From Catajapyx aquilonaris (taxonomy: Eukaryota): a stretch of DNA of 64,000 bases. This document shows, piece by piece, positions 55,872 through 64,000 of this stretch. The notes under the pieces were generated by a model. That model saw nothing but the letters and a program-made list of their open reading frames with translations, was not told the DNA's origin and did no database searches. Every line of letters starts with the position of its first letter. The stretch's first letter is position 1. The stretch is from contig KZ538036.1 of NCBI GenBank assembly GCA_000934665.2, forward strand, positions 62,001-126,000, in the 5' to 3' direction. The position numbers were made by a program, and so were the translations under genes.

Positions 55872-58163
55872 ATGCCGCGTAATAAGAGTACGGAGGAGAC
55901 GGATAAGCTGACCCGGATTGCTATAGTCAATTCGGATCGGTGTAAGCCCAAGCGATGCAGGCAGGAGTGTAAGAAGTCATGTCCTGTTGTACGGATGGGT
56001 AAGCTCTGCATTGAGGTTACACCCAATGATAAGATATCGGCCATATCCGAGGAGCTGTGCATCGGGTGCGGGATTTGCGTTAAGGTAATTCTAGTACTGT
56101 ACGGCGACACTTGCACGTACATTAATCCCATTATTATGATTACAGAAATGTCCATTTGAAGCGATATCCATCGTGAACCTGCCGAGTAATCTGGAGAAAG
56201 ATACGACTCATCGTTACTCGCAGAACTCATTCAAGCTTCATAGGCTTCCGATTCCGAGGCCAGGCGAAGTACTGGGATTGGTGGGGACTAATGGTATCGG
56301 GAAGTCCACCGCGCTTAAGATACTCGCTGGAAAGCAGAAACCCAATTTGGGAAAGTACAATGTACGTAGTGGGTCGACCCCCCCCCTAATGTGACGAATG
56401 GCGTGACTAATTTACTTTTTTCTTCATAAAAAGGATCCGCCAGATTGGACGGACATTCTGAACCACTTTCGTGGTTCCGAGCTGCAGAACTACTTTACCA
56501 AGATATTGGAGGATGATCTGAAGGCGCTGATTAAGCCTCAGTATGTTGATCAGATTCCAAAGGCTGTCAAAGGTTCCGTACAGCAGCTTCTTGATAAGAA
56601 AGATGAGCTCAAAATTCAAGATCGCATATGTGAAATGCTGGGTTAGTCTGTTTTTTTATTTGATTGCACGATGTTGAGACATAAACGCATTTGTTGCTTT
56701 ATTCCCTTTTCAGATTTATGTAATGTGAAGGATCGCAGTGTGGAAGATTTGTCTGGTGGGGAGCTTCAACGTTTTGCTATTTCCATGGTGTGTATCCAGA
56801 AGGCAGACATATTTATGTTTGACGAGCCCTCTTCCTACCTGGACGTGAAGCAGCGTTTGAATGCTGCCGTCACAATTCGGTCCCTCATAGACGCAGACAA
56901 GTTCATCATTGTCGTGGAGCACGACTTGTCAGTGCTGGATTACCTCTCTGATTTCATCTGCTGTCTGTATGGGGTGCCTGGGGCATACGGTGTAGTCACC
57001 ATGCCCTTCTCTGTCAGAGAAGGTTTGCGCAGTTAATATTCATGGCTATATCGCCTATTCGCTGACTTGTGCAATGTATTATGCATTTACAGGTATCAAT
57101 ATCTTCTTGGATGGTTTTGTCCCAACTGAGAATCTCCGTTTCCGAGAGGAATCACTCATCTTCAGGGTTGCAGAGTCTGCTGCAGAAGAGGAAATAAAGC
57201 GCATGAACCGATATGAGTACTCGAAGATGTCCAGGACGATGGGGAAGTTCAAGCTGCATGTTGAGCCTGGGCAGTTTACAGACTCTGAGATTCTCGTGAT
57301 GCTTGGAGAGAACGGCACTGGGAAGACCACTTTCATCAGGATGTTGGCAGGGAAACTTGCACCTGACGATGGATCAGGCTAGTACATTTCCTACCTTTGT
57401 ATTTGCATGGCTGGCGGTGAGGGCTAATCTTTCCTCCTCTTCAGGTGATGTACCGCAGCTGAATGTGAGTTACAAACCCCAGAAGATCAGCCCAAAATCT
57501 CAAGGCACAGTCCGTGCCCTGCTGCATGACAAAATTCGGGATGCATATGTCCACCCGCAGTTCATGACAGACGTGATGAAGCCTCTGAAAATAGACGACA
57601 TCATAGACCAGGAGGTGCAGAATCTCTCTGGAGGAGAGTTGCAACGAGTCGCATTGGCCCTCTGCCTTGGAAAGCCTGCCGATGTTTATCTGATTGATGA
57701 GCCTTCTGCTTACTTGGATTCTGAGCAGCGTTTGGTGGCCGCTAAGGTCATCAAGAGGTGAGCATTTCAGTGAGTAATCAGAAGTTGGCATATCTGAATT
57801 TCTTTGTCCGCAGATTCATCCTCCATGCAAAGAAGACTGGTTTCGTGGTAGAGCATGACTTCATCATGGCTTCATACCTGGCCGACAGAGTGATTGTGTT
57901 TGAGGGCAAGCCTTCTGTTGAGACCACGGCTCATATTCCCCAGAACTTGCTAGCGGGGATGAACCGATTCTTGGAACTGCTAGGTATTACTTTCAGGAGA
58001 GATCCGAACAACTTCCGACCCAGAATCAACAAGAGCAACTCGGTCAAGGTGAGTTGCAGGAGACGGTTACGTGATAGTGGCTTGAACTGATGCAAATGTC
58101 GTTGCTTTGTTGCAGGATGTGGAGCAAAAAAGAGCTGGCCAGTACTTTTTCCTGGAGGACTGA
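55872..58163 (+). CDS. ABCE1: ABCE1 / RLI1 / pixie ribosome recycling ATPase, copy 1
   Basis: Fe-S domain ([22 protein letters not shown]), two NBDs ([24 protein letters not shown] twice) and C-terminus [15 protein letters not shown]. Confidence 0.96.
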
Positions 58164-58899
58164 ACAGCTTATTGAATCTCTGAAATAATTGCATGGAAAT
58201 GTACCACCTGTTTTTTTTTTCATCTTCTGTACGAATAGACTTTTGTAAATTTACAGTTTGACAAAAGGGACAGTGAAGTAAAGTGAAGATGAACAATGTT
58301 GGACTTTACACATTACACCTTCCTGTACGTAATATGTGTTCACAAGCTCATGAGAATCCCTCATAGTTTGAGCATATGTTTGTTTGTTGACTTCTCCTTT
58401 TAAAATGTCTCTGATCCACTTTTTCGGATCATATGAGCTTGTCTTCACACCTGAATGTTTCTTTATAGGTGTATGGTTTGGTGAAGGAGTTTATGAGCTG
58501 AGAGCATCGTAATTTTTTGTACCTGTCAATTTTTGTCAGGGCATCATAATTAGTAAAATAGACTGGTTAAAAAAAAACTCCGATGAATACGACTATTTCT
58601 ACGAGACTGTGGCAAGTCATGATTACGCTGGTAATCAGCTGCACATTACGAACATGTCTTATAAGAAATGACACATTTTGAATCAAAGCCGGGAGTAAAA
58701 TTGACACAGGATCACCTTCAGTAGATTATGTTAGCTCTATATTGAGTAAGAGTTATCTATGTGTTATCTCGCTCTGACGAGAGGGAAGGAAACGTGGCTG
58801 CACATACAGAACAAGCCCAGGAGCCTAGCCACACAGGTTGTAAGCACAGGATTACTTCAGCTACATACTTTACATACTTGCGTTACAGGGCCATAGAAG

Positions 58900-61177
58900 A
58901 TGCCGCGTAATAAGAGTACGGAAGAGACGGATAAGCTGACCCGGATTGCTATAGTCAATTCGGATCGGTGTAAGCCCAAGCGATGCAGGCAGGAGTGTAA
59001 GAAGTCATGTCCTGTTGTACGGATGGGTAAGCTCTGCATTGAGGTTACACCCAATGATAAGATATCGGCCATATCCGAGGAGCTGTGCATCGGGTGCGGG
59101 ATTTGCGTTAAGGTAATTCTAGTACTGTACGGCGACACTTGCACGTACATTAATCCCATTATTATGATTACAGAAATGTCCATTTGAAGCCATATCCATC
59201 GTGAACCTGCCGAGTAATCTGGAGAAAGATACGACTCATCGTTACTCGCAGAACTCATTCAAGCTTCATAGGCTTCCGATTCCGAGGCCAGGCGAAGTAC
59301 TGGGATTGGTGGGGACTAATGGTATCGGGAAGTCCACCGCGCTTAAGATCCTGGGTGGGAGGCAGAAACCCAATTTGGGCAAGTACAAAGTACGTTCATG
59401 ATCATGTTTGCCATTTATGACTTACCCGACTAACGAACATTTTCTTAAAAGGATCCACCAGACTGGACGGATATTCTGACCCATTTTCGTGGCTCTGAGC
59501 TGCAGAACTACTTCACCAAGATTTTGGAGGACGATCTGAAGGCACTGATCAAGCCTCAGTATGTGGACCAGATTCCGAAAGCAGTGAAAGGCTCGGTTCA
59601 GGAGCTCCTTGATAAGAAAGATGAGCTCAAAATACAAGATCGCATTTGTGAAATGCTGGGTTAGTGCATTTTATTTGGTTACATGAACATGTTCATTGCT
59701 TTGTTCCTTTCCAGATTTATGTAATGTGAAGGACCGAAGTGTGGAAGATTTGTCTGGTGGGGAGCTTCAACGTTTTGCTATTGCCATGGTGTGTATCCAG
59801 AAGGCAGACATATTTATGTTTGACGAGCCCTCTTCCTACCTGGACGTGAAGCAGCGTTTGAATGCTGCCGTCACAATTCGGTCCCTCATAGACGCAGACA
59901 AGTTCATCATTGTCGTGGAGCACGACTTGTCAGTGCTGGATTACCTCTCTGATTTCATCTGCTGTCTGTATGGGGTGCCTGGGGCATACGGTGTAGTCAC
60001 CATGCCCTTCTCCGTCAGAGAAGGTTTGCGCAGTTAATATTCAAGGCTATATCACCTATTCGCTGACTTGTGTAATGTATTTTTCATTTACAGGTATCAA
60101 TATCTTCTTGGATGGTTTTGTCCCAACTGAGAATCTTCGTTTCCGAGAGGAATCACTCATCTTCAAGGTGGTAGAGTCTGCTGCAGAAGAGGAAATCAAG
60201 CGCTTGAACCGATATCAGTATCCAAAGATGTCCAGGACGATGGGCAAGTTCAAACTGCACGTCGAGCCGGGACAGTTTACGGACTCCGAGATTCTCGTGA
60301 TGCTTGGAGAGAACGGCACTGGGAAGACCACTTTCATCAGGATGTTGGCAGGGAAACTTGCACCTGACGATGGATCAGGCTAGTACTTTTCCAGTACTTT
60401 TCTTACCTTTTTATTTGCATGGCTGGCGGTGAGGCCGAATCGTTCCTCCTCTTCAGGTGATGTGCCGCAGCTGAATGTGAGTTACAAACCCCAGAAGATC
60501 AGCCCAAAATCTCAAGGCACAGTCCGTGCCCTGCTGCATGACAAGATTCGGGATGCATATGTCCACCCGCAGTTCATGACAGACGTGATGAAGCCTCTTA
60601 AAATAGATGACATCATAGACCAGGAAGTGCAGCATCTCTCTGGAGGAGAGTTGCAACGAGTAGCATTGGCCCTCTGCCTTGGAAAGCCGGCCGATGTTTA
60701 TCTGATTGATGAGCCTTCCGCTTACTTGGATTCTGAGCAGCGTTTGGTGGCCGCTAAGGTCATCAAGAGGTGAGAATTTCAGTGAGTCATCAGAAGTTGG
60801 CATATCTGATTATCTTTGTCCGCAGATTCATCCTCCATGCAAAGAAGACTGGTTTCGTGGTAGAGCATGACTTCATTATGGCTTCATATCTGGCTGACAG
60901 AGTGATTGTATTCGAGGGCCAGCCTTCTCTCGAGTGCACAGCTCACGTTCCCCAGAACTTGCTGGGAGGGATGAACCGATTCTTGGAACTGCTAGGTATA
61001 ACTTTCAGGAGAGATCCAAACAACTTCCGACCCAGAATCAACAAGAGCAATTCAGTCAAAGTGAGTTGCAAGAGACTGTTATGTGGTTGCGGCTAGAACT
61101 GATGCCAAATCATTATTGCTTTGTTGCAGGATATGGAGCAAAAGAGAGCCGGACAATACTTTTTCCTAGAGGACTGA
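58900..61177 (+). CDS. ABCE1: ABCE1, tandem copy 2 (intact)
   Basis: Same exon structure and motifs, ends [15 protein letters not shown]. No stop or frameshift seen. Confidence 0.93.
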
Positions 61178-61661
61178 ACAGCTCCTTGATTCTGTGGAAA
61201 TAATAGCTTGCGAACCATACCACATTTTTTCCCGTAATTTACAGTGTTACCTCGCCTAATTGTCATGCTGGTGTGTACAAGTAGTCCAGGTCCCGACTAG
61301 TTTTTATTCGACATGATCTGGTGACTCTACCAGCAAGTTGTTCTAAGTTGGGTATGCTGGTATGGGGCAAACTTCCATTAACCCCTTGGCTACCATATAT
61401 GCTTGAACCACATAGATTTTGGCTTACATGTACTCTGATGATACGTACAAGATATTTTACAAATAATGACAGCTATACTTACCCGCTCAGGGAAAACACC
61501 ATGAATGTGTCTCTGGAACCATTTTACTCGTCTAGAAGTTCCTAAATTAATTTCCAAGAAAAGGCCATAAAAACTCGGAATAAGAGTACTGCCGACCAAC
61601 TGTTAAGCTGATTTAATTACGACAAATTTGAAAATTTGCTGAATAACAGCCTTGAGAACCA

Positions 61662-61860
61662 TGCCAGACGAATTTGCTGAAATCGTCGTACTCTGCGAGA
61701 AATTAATAAATAAATAGGCCTACTTATTTGCGGCTTCATGGTACTTGGTAACACTCCCAAATATTTCCTTCTCGCAAAGTGCGAGAAAGTCGCAAATAAG
61801 TATTTATTTATTTATTTATTTCTCGCAAAGTACGCCGATTTCAGCAAATTCGTCTGGCAT
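61662..61860. mobile_element. About 200-bp palindromic MITE-like element
   Basis: atgccagacgaatttgctgaaatc / gatttcagcaaattcgtctggcat arms of about 75 bp. Confidence 0.65.
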
Positions 61861-63159
61861 AATATGTATACCATGTACAATAATAATAATAATAATAATA
61901 ATAATTATTATTATTATTATTATTGTACATGGTATGCAGTCATTGTCCAGAAAGATTTTGACGGTTTTCTAGCTTTGATTCCGAGATAAAAAATCCAGAA
62001 CAGAAGGCTTGTACATATAATTCTACATTTTCCCAATTTATACCTAATGTACAGCTAATATCACAGCAGATACCAATTTTATAATTAGAACAGTGCATCA
62101 TGGCACCATTAAAGACATTGTTAGAAAGTTTTGGCATTGTAAATCGTTTGATTTCAGATAAATAAAAATCCTGAACTTAGTACTGATATGTGCATGGAAT
62201 GTTGTATTTCTCAAGGCCACACACACACTGCACATATGAATATAGTGGCATGTTTTTTTTGTGCAACATTTTTTTGGCCTTGATATCAATAATTGTGACC
62301 CATTGGCCCCAGACTCTGACAAGCAAACACTAGTGTAGTTGACATATCAAAAAATGCAGGGTGACATTTTCATGAAAAAAATTTGTTGAACTCACCAGTG
62401 GACATGACCAAGCATAGGAATAATTAGAACATGTCCATGACATGGACATTGTGGTGTGCATTATAACAAATAGGACTACATTGAATTTGCAGTCTGCGCA
62501 ATGACCACCGAATCTTCAGACATCAAGTATGCATGGGATGAAATCAGACATGGCAAATTGCTCCAGGAGAACAACTGAACATGCTTCATTACCCGGATTA
62601 TAATTCAATGTACAGTACATGCAAAACAAATAAGCCAGTATGCCATGAGAATTTCATGTAATTTATGTGGACTGTGTTGATCAAATAAATGTTGTAGCAA
62701 GATTAATGACCTTGTTACAAATTTTTCTAATTAATAGTATTAACATGTGAGCTGAAGCACATGCATATACGAGTACATATCTGGTAATTATTGTTTGTTT
62801 AAAAAAAATTTAATTGTGTATTTTCACCTTCAGAAAGTACATGTACAATAATTTTTATTGTAATTTTCAACTGTTTCATCATATATTTTCACCTTCTTGA
62901 AGTACTATGCACATGTAATAATTTCCATTTCCATATTTTCATGTTATGATTGTATTTTCACCTTCAGAAGGTGCACAATAATTTGACCCGGCAATTTTTT
63001 GGATATGCCATGTCTTTTTGGGTACTTTATACAACCTGTAAGCACAGTTCACAATAAAACAACTGACCCCAACTATTATCCCCTGCATGATAACAACATA
63101 GAGGAGACTCGCACTGTTGCGTCTCATCTCTAGTCACTCTGTAATAAGGGCAACAATAT

Positions 63160-63492
63160 TTTGGTCCAATCCTGTCTGCTTCTCTGACTCCTGAGAGGTA
63201 AGCTCCGTGGGCAGTTGAGTAGATGAAAGGATGTGTGGCCTCTCCGGCGAACAGGAAGATCGGATTGTCCTCGTCCGGAAAAGGATGGGACAGCATGAGG
63301 GTGTCCTCCTGGGTGCCCTCTGACCCTGCCACTATGTAGGAGTAGATGCCCCTGAAGAGAGGGTCGCTGCACCAACCGGTCCTCAGGATACCAGTTGGCC
63401 TGGGGATGGTCGGGTAACCAGTGAACTGCCATCAGGAGATTGGTGCACACAGACAGAACCTCATCCTAACTCAGCTGCTCCATGATGATCGC
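63160..63492 (-). pseudogene. Spermine/polyamine oxidase (flavin amine oxidase) terminal exon, disrupted
   Basis: MEQLS*DEVLSVCTNLL / QFTGYPTIPRP..RTGWCSDPLFRGIYSY..FAGEATHPFIYSTAHGAYLSGVREADRI. In-frame TAG at 63468-63466 and a +1 frameshift near 63430. Confidence 0.8.
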
Positions 63493-63594
63493 CTGGAAAT
63501 GTCACAAAAAAATGTTTAGCATTACGTACAACTCTATCGAATTAGCTAAGAGTGACTGCTAAGCGTGATGGAAATAAGAAGAAGAAAAAAAAAT

Positions 63595-63670
63595 CGCTCC
63601 TGTCTGGGCTCGAACGTGGGCCCTTACAATTAGCAGGCGGCGACTCTAACCATTCGCCTACAAGCCACCA
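63595..63670 (-). mobile_element. Degenerate tRNA-like sequence (SINE head or pseudo-tRNA)
   Basis: Minus strand gtaggcgaatggttagagtcgccgcctgctaattgtaagggcccacgttcgagccc has A/B-box-like motifs but imperfect stems. Confidence 0.55.
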
Positions 63671-64000
63671 GTATGTATAGCCCGCCCCCTCTTGGAAGTT
63701 GTAGTTTCACTGCAGGATTATTATCTGCTGAAAACAAACTCACCACCGACCTTCACCAGGTAGTCAAATCAGGTTAGGACATACTGAACTCTGCTACAAG
63801 TACATATTCTGAACTCGGGTTATTTAACTTCTTCCACAGGCGGTCATAAATTGGGCGAGAAAAATGGGGACGGGCCACAAATAGGTTACCTTATCAGTTA
63901 TCACATTGGATTCTTCTTCATCGTGCCTTATGCTGATCTGCTCTTCTTGTGAGAGGTGGTAGTGCTTCGCTCGACGGTTCGTGATCTCAACAGTTATTCA

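Noticed and set aside
55814..59258. Duplicated minus-strand ORFs [10 protein letters not shown]...
   Set aside because: Antisense shadows of ABCE1, similar only because of the duplication.
63890..64000. Possible minus-strand exon ending at a gtaacc donor
   Set aside because: Truncated by the window edge, no recognisable homology.

Overview
Gene-dense eukaryotic (animal, arthropod-like) DNA with many 55-75 nt GT-AG introns; not prokaryotic and no CRISPR. Spliced genes read from the sequence: bestrophin (-), MOB2 (-), eIF4G2/NAT1/DAP5 (-), syntaxin-7/12 (+), ABTB2/BTBD11-like histone-fold/ankyrin/BTB protein (-), a TSSK kinase with a long acidic tail (+), a lifeguard/TMBIM protein (-), POC1 (-), two tandem ABCE1 copies (+) and a disrupted spermine/polyamine oxidase exon (-). 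There are also SINEs, MITEs and minisatellites. Main findings: (1) NAT1 has no usable AUG and most likely starts at an ACG at the position of the vertebrate GUG, downstream of two candidate uORFs; (2) a duplicated, probably mutually exclusive 108-nt bestrophin exon encoding the Ca2+-clasp; (3) tandem ABCE1 paralogues with a gene-conversion-like identity mosaic; (4) TSSK apparently nested antisense in a 5'UTR intron of ABTB2. Exon boundaries were read by eye and comparisons with known proteins are from memory.
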